From the NCBI GenBank assembly GCA_038828875.1, contig JAWBMQ010000002.1, positions 25,314 through 89,313 of the forward strand: a stretch of 64,000 bases of DNA. The letters run 5' to 3'. Positions 17,861 to 27,414 of the stretch are shown here, piece after piece. This stretch comes from Candidatus Woesearchaeota archaeon. Lineage in GTDB: Archaea; Nanobdellota; Nanobdellia; Woesearchaeales; JAWBMQ01. Both the position numbers and the translations under genes were made by a program. How positions within the stretch are numbered: the stretch's first letter is position 1; each line of letters opens with the position of its first letter. The notes beneath the pieces were generated by a model that saw nothing but the letters and a program-made list of their open reading frames with translations, ran no database searches and was not told where the DNA came from.

Positions 17861-17884
17861 CTTTCTTTCTTTCTTTCTTTCTTT
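17861..17884. repeat. (CTTT)6 microsatellite within a T-rich intergenic tract (17838-17890); possible terminator region
   Basis: The sequence ctttctttctttctttctttcttt is read directly. Confidence 0.8.
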
Positions 17885-17974
17885 GTTTTTAGATTCTATG
17901 TAAATTTAAAGTTCAAAAAATTTATAAATAAGTATTATTACTTTTAAATAGTAACAAAATATTGAGGTGAAAAA

Positions 17975-18748
17975 ATGCCAGACTCTTTAGAAGAAAAGAT
18001 AAAAAATTTTTCTAATTTAGTTAAATTAGTTGCAATCGATCAGGTGAATTTTGAATTATCATCAAAATTTATGAATGTAATAAATGATATCATTCATAAT
18101 CATCCAAAAGGATATTATTATTTAACTTCAAAATACGGTTCTGTTGAAGAGGCAAAAAGATATAGTGGAATTACTGGAATTGATTTTAGAATTTCAACAT
18201 GGTATTATGATATTAGAAGAACTACAAGAGAAGCAGATCCCTATTTAGATTTTCTTTTAAGGGAAGTTTATGAGCCTTTTAAAAATAACGAGGAAAGATA
18301 TAATATTTATGATTTTTCAAGAAGACATTTAGATAATACAAGTTCATATGATGTACTTATGGAAGATTTATCAGCGATTTGGTATTGTTTTCCCCAGATG
18401 TATGTTGCAGGAAGAGAACTTGTTAATATGTTTATTAATCAAATGAAAAATATTAGTTCATCCAGAAGACAGCTAGAATTATTAGACACATTAATAGAGA
18501 AATATCGTGATTCTTTTCGCCTATTTCAAGAAAGTGCAAAGGAATTAGTTAGAGATTATCAAAACAGTGGTTCTGAACAATTTAAAATCTTGATGAAAAA
18601 TGTAGGTTCAAGATATCAGTTGTTAAAAGATGCAGAAACAAGATTTAGAGAAAAATTGGCAGATTACTTAATGAATGAATATCTCCCAAGTAATTATGGA
18701 TATAGAATTGATGGAAGAAGAATACCTCAGCCATGGGATATCTTTTAG
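17975..18748 (+). CDS. Hypothetical protein
   Basis: 257-aa ORF preceded by GAGGTGA. Confidence 0.5.
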   Translation: MPDSLEEKIKNFSNLVKLVAIDQVNFELSSKFMNVINDIIHNHPKGYYYLTSKYGSVEEAKRYSGITGIDFRISTWYYDIRRTTREADPYLDFLLREVYEPFKNNEERYNIYDFSRRHLDNTSSYDVLMEDLSAIWYCFPQMYVAGRELVNMFINQMKNISSSRRQLELLDTLIEKYRDSFRLFQESAKELVRDYQNSGSEQFKILMKNVGSRYQLLKDAETRFREKLADYLMNEYLPSNYGYRIDGRRIPQPWDIF

Positions 18749-18764
18749 TTAGGGGTGAAAAGTT

Positions 18765-19421
18765 ATGTCAGAAACAATACAAAAAATTGAAGATCATGAA
18801 AATAATGAAAAATCACATTTTATGGAATATAGAAAATATTATTCTATGTTAGAATCAATGGTCGAAAATCAGTTGATAGTGAGTGGTTGGGATTTTGAGA
18901 AAGTGAAGAAGCATATAAATTTTTTATCTCCTTATGATTTATCAGATAGAGTGACAAAAAAATTAGAAGAGTATCATAATTTTGCATCAACTGATGTGCT
19001 AGACCGGCTAAAAAATATTTTTAAGGAAGTCTATGCCAATAATCCTTCAGTACCGTATTCAATACTTTCTTCTTTAAAAAAAGGGTTTGATGCAAGTTAT
19101 GAAAATTTAGATAGATTAAGAAAGAAAAATTTAAAAATCATTTCTTCTACAGAAGCTATTTCTGTAGAAGACTATTATCGAGAGCTTCATAATTTAAAAG
19201 ATTTTTTAGAGTTAGGCATGATTTTCGATATGTTAAATAAATTATTTAGTAAATTATATTCTTTTAATCAAGGTAAAGATACTATTGAGCAAGATTTTTT
19301 TGATGAGTTATTCTTTTTGAATTTAAAAGTTAAGAATTATATGAGAAACAATGCAAATAATGGTTGTCAAAATTGTAACAAAGATGCAGATTTATTAACA
19401 GATTTATATATTAAACTTTAA
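18765..19421 (+). CDS. Hypothetical protein with a C-terminal CQNCNKD motif
   Basis: 218-aa ORF preceded by GGGGTGA. Confidence 0.5.
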   Translation: MSETIQKIEDHENNEKSHFMEYRKYYSMLESMVENQLIVSGWDFEKVKKHINFLSPYDLSDRVTKKLEEYHNFASTDVLDRLKNIFKEVYANNPSVPYSILSSLKKGFDASYENLDRLRKKNLKIISSTEAISVEDYYRELHNLKDFLELGMIFDMLNKLFSKLYSFNQGKDTIEQDFFDELFFLNLKVKNYMRNNANNGCQNCNKDADLLTDLYIKL

Positions 19422-19425
19422 TCTT

Positions 19426-19803
19426 TTACCTTTTATTCTTTATTAGAAAAATTCTAGCAACAATAGGATTGTAATGAGTAAAATTTCCGGAAATAAAAAG
19501 ATTATAAATTAGTTCAGCATTCTCATTAACAAATTCTAACTTTAAGCCAGAAACATAAACCTTACATCTTAAATTGAGCTTTTCATAATATTTAGTACAT
19601 ATTTCAGAAGCATAGGTTAAATTTCTTTCAATGACCGCATTTCTAAAATCCTCATCTTCTAATAGTTTTTCAATATGAATTTTTTGATCTAATCTATTAG
19701 CTTTGAAAAAAAGAAAAACCCCTAGCAAAATTATGCTAACTAGTAAAATGCCACCAATCGTTGCTTCTAAAGTTTTAATAAAACTTTTTTTCATTCTTTC
19801 CAC
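19426..19803 (-). CDS. Small N-terminally membrane-anchored protein (possible pilin-like)
   Basis: N-terminus is MERMKKSFIKTLEATIGGILLVSIILLGVFLFF. Confidence 0.4.
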   Translation of the reverse strand: MERMKKSFIKTLEATIGGILLVSIILLGVFLFFKANRLDQKIHIEKLLEDEDFRNAVIERNLTYASEICTKYYEKLNLRCKVYVSGLKLEFVNENAELIYNLFISGNFTHYNPIVARIFLIKNKR

Positions 19804-21071
19804 TCTAAAAATGATAAATAAACTGGAACTATTGTAAAATTTTCCATATCCAATAACATTTTCTCAACAAATGTTTCTACTTTAACATCACTTAAAGTTT
19901 CTTTACCGAAAGTATAAATGTATTTTCCATTTTCATCAGTAACAATAATGTCTCTAAATTGTAAATCAATTCCTAAATCAGGTTTTAATTTGAAATATTG
20001 ATCGATTTTTCTTTGACTGAGAACAGTTTTCTTAATAGGCATTCCTTCTTTAATAGAATATTGATAAGTATCTAAATTAAAATCGTAGTTCGATTCTTTT
20101 ATATTAAATGTGATTCTGTCATGATTGCTTATTCTTTTTTTAATATTTAAAGTTAGATTTTCATAATCATAGCAAATAGTAATATTCATAAACGAAGGAG
20201 ATGCAATTATAAATGAATATTCTTTATTAAGAAAATTAAAATAAAAGACAACGTATTTAGTTTCATCATCGAAACAGATAGTTTCGTTTAAATCGTATGC
20301 TCTTTCATAGTTTATTAAATATTTAAGAAATCTTGCAGTAGTTACTCTTGAAAAATTTAGAAGGTTAATGTTTAATTCTACATCAGAATAAGGTATAGGT
20401 TGCAAAAGATAAAAATCAATGAACATTTTAGAATTTAGATTTTTTAAACTGGATTTTATTCTTAATAAAGGATTTTCAGCATAAAATTCATAAAATAATT
20501 TATAATCTTTAGATGATTCATTTTGTATAATAAAAGCACCTTTGTCTTGTTTATATTGTATGTATTTTATCAATTGAAGATCATAAAATTTAATGTAATT
20601 CAATAAATTTCTTTCCAAACCATAAAGGATTCCTGCTTTTGGAATTCTGCAAGTGTCAATGAGGCAAGAAAATTCAAGAGGAATAATATTACTTCTATTT
20701 TCGAAATCACTGTCAAAATAAGTAATTTCTATACTATCTCGGTCTTTAATCTCTTTTAGTATATATAATTTGTAATTATCAACCACATATGGTTCTTTAA
20801 CGTCAAATGATTTATTTTTTAGAGCTATTTCAATAATATCATAACCTAAATTTTCTTGAGAAGAGATAAAATAGTATTCTTTTTGAATTTCAGTTTTAAA
20901 ATGGTTGTAAAATTTTTCTATGAATTCTGAATTTATTGTTAACATAAACGTGTTTTTGTAAAAATAATTTATGAAAGTGATCCCTAAAAATATAAATAGT
21001 AAAAATACAAGCAATGCGAAAATTTCATCAATATGTTCTGTTTGGGACTTTTTATTAAATCTCATTTTCAT
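19791..21071 (-). CDS. Membrane-anchored 426-aa protein with an NKKSQT N-terminal motif
   Basis: N-terminus is MKMRFNKKSQTEHIDEIFALLVFLLFIFLGITFI. It is co-oriented with 19426..19803 and overlaps it. Confidence 0.5.
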   Translation of the reverse strand: MKMRFNKKSQTEHIDEIFALLVFLLFIFLGITFINYFYKNTFMLTINSEFIEKFYNHFKTEIQKEYYFISSQENLGYDIIEIALKNKSFDVKEPYVVDNYKLYILKEIKDRDSIEITYFDSDFENRSNIIPLEFSCLIDTCRIPKAGILYGLERNLLNYIKFYDLQLIKYIQYKQDKGAFIIQNESSKDYKLFYEFYAENPLLRIKSSLKNLNSKMFIDFYLLQPIPYSDVELNINLLNFSRVTTARFLKYLINYERAYDLNETICFDDETKYVVFYFNFLNKEYSFIIASPSFMNITICYDYENLTLNIKKRISNHDRITFNIKESNYDFNLDTYQYSIKEGMPIKKTVLSQRKIDQYFKLKPDLGIDLQFRDIIVTDENGKYIYTFGKETLSDVKVETFVEKMLLDMENFTIVPVYLSFLEWKE

Positions 21072-21409
21072 TTTCTTTTTTGTTTTCAGTGTTGTAAAAT
21101 TTCAATTGCTTTTTCAACTCTATGTTTTCATTCGTTATTCTTTGAAGCATTAAAAACAATTGCTTATTTTCTTTTCTTAATCGGGCTATTTGTTTATCCT
21201 TGTGTTTGATTATTTCGATAATTTCCCTTTTGTTTTTCTTACTTGATTTTTTTAAATTCATAAAATAAATAATTAAATTTTCGTAAAACTCAAAATACTT
21301 TTCAAAAATTTTTATAAATATTTTTAACATCTTTGATTTTTTAGTATTCTTAAATTATAAAAGTTACTAACATAAAATTTTTAAATTAAGTGTTTGTTTT
21401 TAAAATCTA

Positions 21410-22198
21410 ATGAAAAAGATAGGATTTGGAACATACAGATTGAATACTAGTGATGAAAAAATATTAAAATATGCAATAGAACAAGGATATCGAATTTTAG
21501 ATACTGCTGAAAGTTATGGGACTGAAAAATTAATTGGAGATGTTTTAAAATTAGCAAATAGACGTGAATTTTTTATAATTACAAAGGTAAGCCCTGAAAA
21601 TTTAACTTACAAAGGAGTTATAAATTCAGTGTTAGGTTCTGTTTCGAGATTAAATACATATATTGATCTTTTATTAATTCATGTTCCTAATCCTAATATC
21701 CCACTAAAAGAAACGTTTTCAGCTATGAAGTTGTTGCAAGAAAAAAGAATAATAAGGTATTATGGAGTAAGTAATTTTGATTATAATCAAACTTTAGAGG
21801 CAATAAAGTATGGCATTTATGCTCATCAACATGAGTTTAGCTTAGTTTATCGATGGTATGAAGATGTTTTAATGTTATGTAATTTTAAGAATATTAAATT
21901 TTTTGCATATCGTCCATTTTCAAACGGAGATATTTTTAAAGATCCTTATAAAAGTTACATAGATATTGTAGCTAAAAAATATAATAAAACAATTGCTCAA
22001 ATCGCATTGAAATGGATTCAAATCCATGGAGCAATTCCAATAATAGGATCCAAAAATTTTGATCATATTAAGGAGAATATTGATTTGGATTTTGAGTTAA
22101 GCGAATTTGATTATTTATTTTTAGAAGATCTTTTTAGATTGTTGATTTTAAATCAAAATGAAAATAATTCTTTAAAAGAGTCTAAATCGCTATGTTGA
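21410..22198 (+). CDS. Aldo/keto reductase family oxidoreductase
   Basis: GFGTYRL...ILDTAESYGTEKLIG, typical of the AKR N-terminus. Confidence 0.7.
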   Translation: MKKIGFGTYRLNTSDEKILKYAIEQGYRILDTAESYGTEKLIGDVLKLANRREFFIITKVSPENLTYKGVINSVLGSVSRLNTYIDLLLIHVPNPNIPLKETFSAMKLLQEKRIIRYYGVSNFDYNQTLEAIKYGIYAHQHEFSLVYRWYEDVLMLCNFKNIKFFAYRPFSNGDIFKDPYKSYIDIVAKKYNKTIAQIALKWIQIHGAIPIIGSKNFDHIKENIDLDFELSEFDYLFLEDLFRLLILNQNENNSLKESKSLC

Positions 22199-22208
22199 AG
22201 GTGATTAT

Positions 22209-23633
22209 ATGGCTAACAAAGATGGCAGAGAAACATTAGGAATTACAACAAAGAAAGAGCAAGCTTTAGGGGATTGGTTCAGTGAGGTAATTGTAAAAGC
22301 TGGCTTTGCTGATTACAGTCCAGTTAAAGGGTGTATTTATTATTATCCTCCAGCCATTTACGCATGGGAAAAAGTACAAAGGTTTGCAGATGAGCTTTTT
22401 AATCAAATAAATATTGAAAATGTTTATTTGCCTATGTTTATTCCTGAAGAGATGTTTGCTAAAGAAGCAGAACATGTTGAAGGTTTTAAACCTGAAGTTG
22501 CATGGGTTGAAACAGATTCTGGAAAATGGGCTGTAAGACCTACTTCAGAAGTTCTTTTCAGTGATGTTTTTTCTAGAAAAATTAGAAGTTATAAAGATTT
22601 ACCATTAAAATACAATCAATGGTGCAGCGTAGTAAGAATGGAAACAAAGGCAGTAAAACCATTTTTAAGAGGAAGGGAATTTCTTTGGCAAGAAACTCAT
22701 GCAATATATGCTACAAAAGAAGAAGCTATGAATGATGTTATTTATGTGTTGAACAATATTTACAAAAGAATTTCAGAAGAACTGTTGCTTTTGCCAGTTA
22801 TTACAGGACGAAAAAGTCAGAGAGAAAAGTTTGCAGGAGCAGAATTTAGTTTTGGTATGGAATCAATAATGCCAGATGGAAAAGCTTTACAAACAGGAAC
22901 TACACATTATTTAGGAACAGGATTTGCGAGGTCTTTTAATATAACTTTTTTAGATGAAAATAATCAAACTAAATACGTTCACCAAACTTCTTGGGGAATT
23001 AGTACTAGATTGTTAGGTGCAGCAATTATGGTACATTCAGATAATAAAGGAATTGTATTAAATCCAGAACTTATAAGAAATAAGATTGTTTTTGTACCAA
23101 TAATTTACAAAGATAATCAAGAGCCTGTAAAATATGCAAAAATTCTTGCAGAAAAGTTGAAAGTTTTTAATCCAATTGTTGATGATAGAGATTACACTCC
23201 TGGATGGAAATTCAACGAATGGGAGTTGAAAGGAATTCCTTTAAGAATTGAAATTGGTCCAAAGGATTTGGAAAAGAAGCAAGTTGTTGCAGTGCTTAGG
23301 CATAGTAATGAGAAGATAATTATAAAATGGGATGAATTAACAGAAGAAAAAATAAATCAATTATTTGATAAGATGAAAAGAGAACTTTACAATAATGCAA
23401 AAAGAATGATGGATTCTTATTTAGATGAAGCTAAAACATTAGAAGAATTTGAGCAAAAAATATTGCAGAATAAGCTTATAAAAGTGCATTTTTGTGATAA
23501 TCCCGAATGTGAAGAAAAAGTTAAAGAAAAATATGGAGTTACTTCTAGAGTAATTGTTGAAGAAAAAGAAGGAAAATGCATATTTTGCAATAAACCAAGC
23601 AAATACGTAGCTTATTTTGGGAGTAGTTATTAA
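22209..23633 (+). CDS. proS: Prolyl-tRNA synthetase, archaeal/eukaryotic type
   Basis: Class II aaRS motifs, a C-terminal Zn-binding domain, and the extreme C-terminal ...SSY Tyr. RBS GAAGGTGA lies upstream. Confidence 0.85.
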   Translation: MANKDGRETLGITTKKEQALGDWFSEVIVKAGFADYSPVKGCIYYYPPAIYAWEKVQRFADELFNQINIENVYLPMFIPEEMFAKEAEHVEGFKPEVAWVETDSGKWAVRPTSEVLFSDVFSRKIRSYKDLPLKYNQWCSVVRMETKAVKPFLRGREFLWQETHAIYATKEEAMNDVIYVLNNIYKRISEELLLLPVITGRKSQREKFAGAEFSFGMESIMPDGKALQTGTTHYLGTGFARSFNITFLDENNQTKYVHQTSWGISTRLLGAAIMVHSDNKGIVLNPELIRNKIVFVPIIYKDNQEPVKYAKILAEKLKVFNPIVDDRDYTPGWKFNEWELKGIPLRIEIGPKDLEKKQVVAVLRHSNEKIIIKWDELTEEKINQLFDKMKRELYNNAKRMMDSYLDEAKTLEEFEQKILQNKLIKVHFCDNPECEEKVKEKYGVTSRVIVEEKEGKCIFCNKPSKYVAYFGSSY

Positions 23634-23650
23634 TTTTTTATTTTATTATA

Positions 23651-24400
23651 TTATTCTTCAGAAGTGATTTCTAAGTTCATTATCCATTTGCAAACACTGT
23701 TAAGTTCATTAGAAGGAATCATTTGAGGAATTACATATTCTTTTGAAAAAACTACTAAGAAATAAAATTCTTTAGTTTTAAACTTTAAATTAAGATTCTC
23801 TTCTAGGTAGAATTTAATATTTCCTGTTGGAGTATTCTGAAGTTCATCTAATAAGCTGCCATGTACTAAATATGATGGAATTGATTCTAGATAATCCAAA
23901 AAACGCAAATCTCTCAACTCAAAATAACCTTTATTTTTTAAATAATTTACAATATCATCTTCAAACTTAAGTTTTGTACAAATTAAGCAAGTATTTTTTT
24001 CTCTATCTAGGAGGTTTTGAACTTTAGACATTATGTTAAAATTTCCTGCTCCTACTTTTCTATAGCAATTTAAAAAGTCTTCAGCAATTATTTTATCAAT
24101 CTTTACACTCTCTTCATCTAATTTTACATTATTCTTGAATTTTACTTCGTTATCATTAAGCTTTATTTTTTTCAATTCAGCAAGGCCTAGATTTTTTATC
24201 TTTATTTGACAAAATTTTAATTTTAAATCTTTCAAATACATAACATTTTGATAACTAATTAATTCGCTAAAACATTCATCACCGGATTTTTCAATTGCTT
24301 TTTTTTCTCTGTTAAATAAATTCATCATTAAAAGCAATCCTAAAGCAGCTAAAATAGTTCCTATTAAAATCCAAACAGTAAGTAATGATGATTTTTTCAT
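23651..24400 (-). CDS. Membrane-anchored hypothetical protein; start probably at the MKKSSLL codon (24400) rather than the ORF-track start at 24490
   Basis: An internal Met begins the signal-anchor MKKSSLLTVWILIGTILAALG. Using this start avoids overlap with the divergent SAMP gene. Confidence 0.45.
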   Translation of the reverse strand: MKKSSLLTVWILIGTILAALGLLLMMNLFNREKKAIEKSGDECFSELISYQNVMYLKDLKLKFCQIKIKNLGLAELKKIKLNDNEVKFKNNVKLDEESVKIDKIIAEDFLNCYRKVGAGNFNIMSKVQNLLDREKNTCLICTKLKFEDDIVNYLKNKGYFELRDLRFLDYLESIPSYLVHGSLLDELQNTPTGNIKFYLEENLNLKFKTKEFYFLVVFSKEYVIPQMIPSNELNSVCKWIMNLEITSEE

Positions 24401-24451
24401 AAATATTTTTTGTGCAATAAACTTTATAAATTTTATTTCTTCAACAAGTTT

Positions 24452-24649
24452 ATGGAAATTTACATTGAAAGAACAAATAAAAAGTTTCAAAAGAATGTTG
24501 ATAAAATTAAAGTGATAGATCTACTAAAGGAGTTAAATATAAATTTGGAAGAGGTTTTAGTAACTAAGAATGATGAATTAGTTGATGAAAATGAAATTTT
24601 AGAAAATGATGATAAAGTTAAGATAATTTCAGTTATCTCAGGAGGCTAA
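24452..24649 (+). CDS. ThiS/MoaD/SAMP-like beta-grasp sulfur-carrier protein (65 aa, C-terminal Gly-Gly)
   Basis: MEIYIE...VKIISVISGG followed by stop. Its stop lies 1 bp before the ncsA start. Confidence 0.7.
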   Translation: MEIYIERTNKKFQKNVDKIKVIDLLKELNINLEEVLVTKNDELVDENEILENDDKVKIISVISGG

Positions 24650-24650
24650 T

Positions 24651-25532
24651 ATGAATTGTTTTTGTGGGAAAAAAGCGATAATTAGTGGATATTGTAAAGA
24701 TCATTTTATAGAATATGTAGAAAATAAAGTAAAACAAACGATAGAAAATTTCAATTTATTTACAAAAAACGATAGAATTGTTGTTGCTACTTCAGGAGGT
24801 AAGGATTCTTTAACAGTACTCTATCTTTTGAATAAATTTGGTTATAATGTTGAAGGTCTATTAATAGATGAAGGAATCTCAAATTATAGAGAACACACGA
24901 TTTCAGATTTAAGAAAATTTTCAGAGCAACACAATATAAAATTTAGAATAATTTCTTTCAAAGAGGAATTTAACTATACTCTTGATGAAATAGTAACTAA
25001 AATTAAAGATACTTTACCTTGTACTTTCTGTGGCATCTTTAGAAGACATTTACTTAATAAATATTCTAAGCAATACGATGTTCTTGTTACTGGACATAAT
25101 TTAGATGATGAATCACAAAGTGTGTTAATGAATTTATTAAAGAATCAAATTCCAATTCTTGCAAGAATCGGTCCTGTTGCAGGAATTAAAAGGATGAATT
25201 TTACGAAAAGAGTTAAGCCGTTGTATTTGCTAACTGAAAAAGAGATAAAAGCATACACTATTTTGCTTAATTTTCCGATAACTTATTCAGAATGTCCTTA
25301 TGCTAAATATAGTTATAGGAATCATGTTATTGATTTTATTCATAAGTTCTCAAATTCTAAATCAATAAAGGAAAACATAATTAATTTTCATTTAGAACGA
25401 TTATCAAGATTAAAAGAGAAATATCAAGATACTGAATTAAGATTTTGTAAAATATGTAATGAACCATCAACAAAAGAAATATGCAATTCATGTAAATTGA
25501 TAATGAAAATAACGGGTGAAATGAATGAATAA
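24651..25532 (+). CDS. ncsA: tRNA 2-thiolation PP-loop ATPase (NcsA/TtuA family)
   Basis: PP-loop SGGKDS, an N-terminal CxxC...C..H Zn finger, and a C-terminal CKIC...C..C Zn finger. Confidence 0.8.
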   Translation: MNCFCGKKAIISGYCKDHFIEYVENKVKQTIENFNLFTKNDRIVVATSGGKDSLTVLYLLNKFGYNVEGLLIDEGISNYREHTISDLRKFSEQHNIKFRIISFKEEFNYTLDEIVTKIKDTLPCTFCGIFRRHLLNKYSKQYDVLVTGHNLDDESQSVLMNLLKNQIPILARIGPVAGIKRMNFTKRVKPLYLLTEKEIKAYTILLNFPITYSECPYAKYSYRNHVIDFIHKFSNSKSIKENIINFHLERLSRLKEKYQDTELRFCKICNEPSTKEICNSCKLIMKITGEMNE

Positions 25533-26274
25533 AACTTTTGAAATTGTTGTTTCTACAACAGATCCTGCAAGTTTAAACATTTACAATTTTTTAAAACAGA
25601 AGCAATTAAAGAATACAAAATTTTATTTTACTGAGTTAGATGGAATTTATGCAGATATTAATTCTGATGCAGATTTTCTCATTGTTCTTTCAACACATTC
25701 AAGTCAAACTCAAAAACCTTGCTTAACTTTGCACAGCGTAGGAAATTTCAGAAATGCTGAATTAGGTGGAATAAGCAATACTTTAATGCCTACAGATGGA
25801 ATTTTAATAAGATCTTTATTTTTGACGTTGAAGAAATATTCACCTATTGATGTTGATCTAGAAGCAACCCATCATGGTCCTGTTACTAATAAGCCAACAG
25901 TTTTTGTTGAAATAGGAAGCACGGAAAAAGAATGGAACGATCCTAGTTTAGGAAAAATATGGGCAAATGTTTTGGAAGAAGCAATAAACAATTTTGATTA
26001 CAAAGTTGAAATTCCAACAGCAATTTATGTAGGAGGTTTGCATTACAGTAAAGCATCTTCTTTACTCGATGAATTTGCAATAGGTCATGTTTGTGCAAAA
26101 TACAATTTACCAATAACAGAGAAAGATCTTTTAGAAATGATAGTCAAAACAAATCCAAAGCCCCAGTATATTTTAGTAGAAAGAAAAGGTTTAGGAGAAT
26201 ATAAACAAGAAACTATTGCATTAATTGAAGATTTTTGTGCTAAATATAATTTAACTAAGAAAACTATAAACTAA
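25525..26274 (+). CDS. dtdA: D-aminoacyl-tRNA deacylase, archaeal type
   Basis: DPASLNI near the N-terminus, plus EATHHGP, VEIGSTEKEW and AIGH motifs characteristic of DtdA. Confidence 0.75.
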   Translation: MNKTFEIVVSTTDPASLNIYNFLKQKQLKNTKFYFTELDGIYADINSDADFLIVLSTHSSQTQKPCLTLHSVGNFRNAELGGISNTLMPTDGILIRSLFLTLKKYSPIDVDLEATHHGPVTNKPTVFVEIGSTEKEWNDPSLGKIWANVLEEAINNFDYKVEIPTAIYVGGLHYSKASSLLDEFAIGHVCAKYNLPITEKDLLEMIVKTNPKPQYILVERKGLGEYKQETIALIEDFCAKYNLTKKTIN

Positions 26275-26357
26275 CTTTTTTGTTATTGATTTCAATTTCA
26301 TAAAATTTAAATATAGCCTTTATAATCCTTCTAACTTCAATAAAAGAGGTGTGAAAA

Positions 26358-27326
26358 ATGGATACGAATAAAGGATTAAAAAAAGCATTAGATAGCGAGT
26401 TTGTAGAAAGTGTGTTGATAAGTGGTAGGTATATGCCTGTAGAAATTATTAAAGAACAGAAGAATGTTTTTACTGTAAAAGATATTTTAAGCTTAATGAA
26501 TGATTTTATTAAAGACTATAATTATATTAAAAATGTTGTAAGCGAGAAAAATTTAGGTTTAAAAATTGAGCAGATTCCTTCTGTAGAAGAAGAATTTGAA
26601 AATTTAAAAAAGTATTATAATAAAATGAATGATGCAATAAAAAGATATTATTCTTCATTCAAAAATCAAGATGTGTCACTGTATGAATCAACAAAGGAGT
26701 TTGAATTTTTATTTGAAAACAAGTATTTGAATCCAAAAAATATAAAAGAAATTGTAGCAAATGATAAGGACATAGAACAATTAATTCAAAGTGACGAATT
26801 TTATGATTCTCAACTTTTTACAGATTTTTATAGATTAAATAAAGCATTTGAACCAAGAATGATTTATTTTACTAGAAACGTTTTTGGTGTTTTGGATGAT
26901 CTTTTGAAAAAACAGCAAGCAGAACTTTTAGAAAGAATCGAATATGAAAAAATTTTAAATGAAATTGTTTTTGTAGACAGAGTTCCAGTGAGAGTTTCTT
27001 TTGAGGAAAATCCTTTGTATTTTGATAGAATAAATGTTGCTTATGTAGAAAGAAAAAGAGATAGAGATGCTATTGAAAAATATCTTGTATTGAAAAATTT
27101 AGAACCTGTTTATGAAAGATTAATTGATAAATATACAAAATTAAAATCAGGGTTTTATGAAATGTTAAATTATCATTATGATGTAGAAAGAAAAATTTTA
27201 AGGAATGACTCTTTAGTAGAAAACCTAAAAGAATCAATTTTGAAGCAAATGATTGCAGAAGAAATAACAAAAAGAGTTAATGAATCTAGTAATATGAAGT
27301 ATGGTAGTAAGTATACTCTCTTTTAA
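26358..27326 (+). CDS. Hypothetical acidic helical protein (block ORF 1)
   Basis: 322-aa ORF preceded by GAGGTG. No motifs. Confidence 0.5.
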   Translation: MDTNKGLKKALDSEFVESVLISGRYMPVEIIKEQKNVFTVKDILSLMNDFIKDYNYIKNVVSEKNLGLKIEQIPSVEEEFENLKKYYNKMNDAIKRYYSSFKNQDVSLYESTKEFEFLFENKYLNPKNIKEIVANDKDIEQLIQSDEFYDSQLFTDFYRLNKAFEPRMIYFTRNVFGVLDDLLKKQQAELLERIEYEKILNEIVFVDRVPVRVSFEENPLYFDRINVAYVERKRDRDAIEKYLVLKNLEPVYERLIDKYTKLKSGFYEMLNYHYDVERKILRNDSLVENLKESILKQMIAEEITKRVNESSNMKYGSKYTLF

Positions 27327-27414
27327 TTTTTTTATTTTTTAGATTTTTAGTGCATAAATTTTATATATTTTCTTTTTATTCTACTAAAACAAAATTTCAC
27401 TAAATAGTGATAAT

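Noticed and set aside
21055-21330. 91-aa K/E-rich coiled-coil ORF on the minus strand.
   Set aside because: It has no clear SD and overlaps the start of 19791..21071. It could be a real small coiled-coil protein, but the evidence is insufficient, so it is not listed as a feature.
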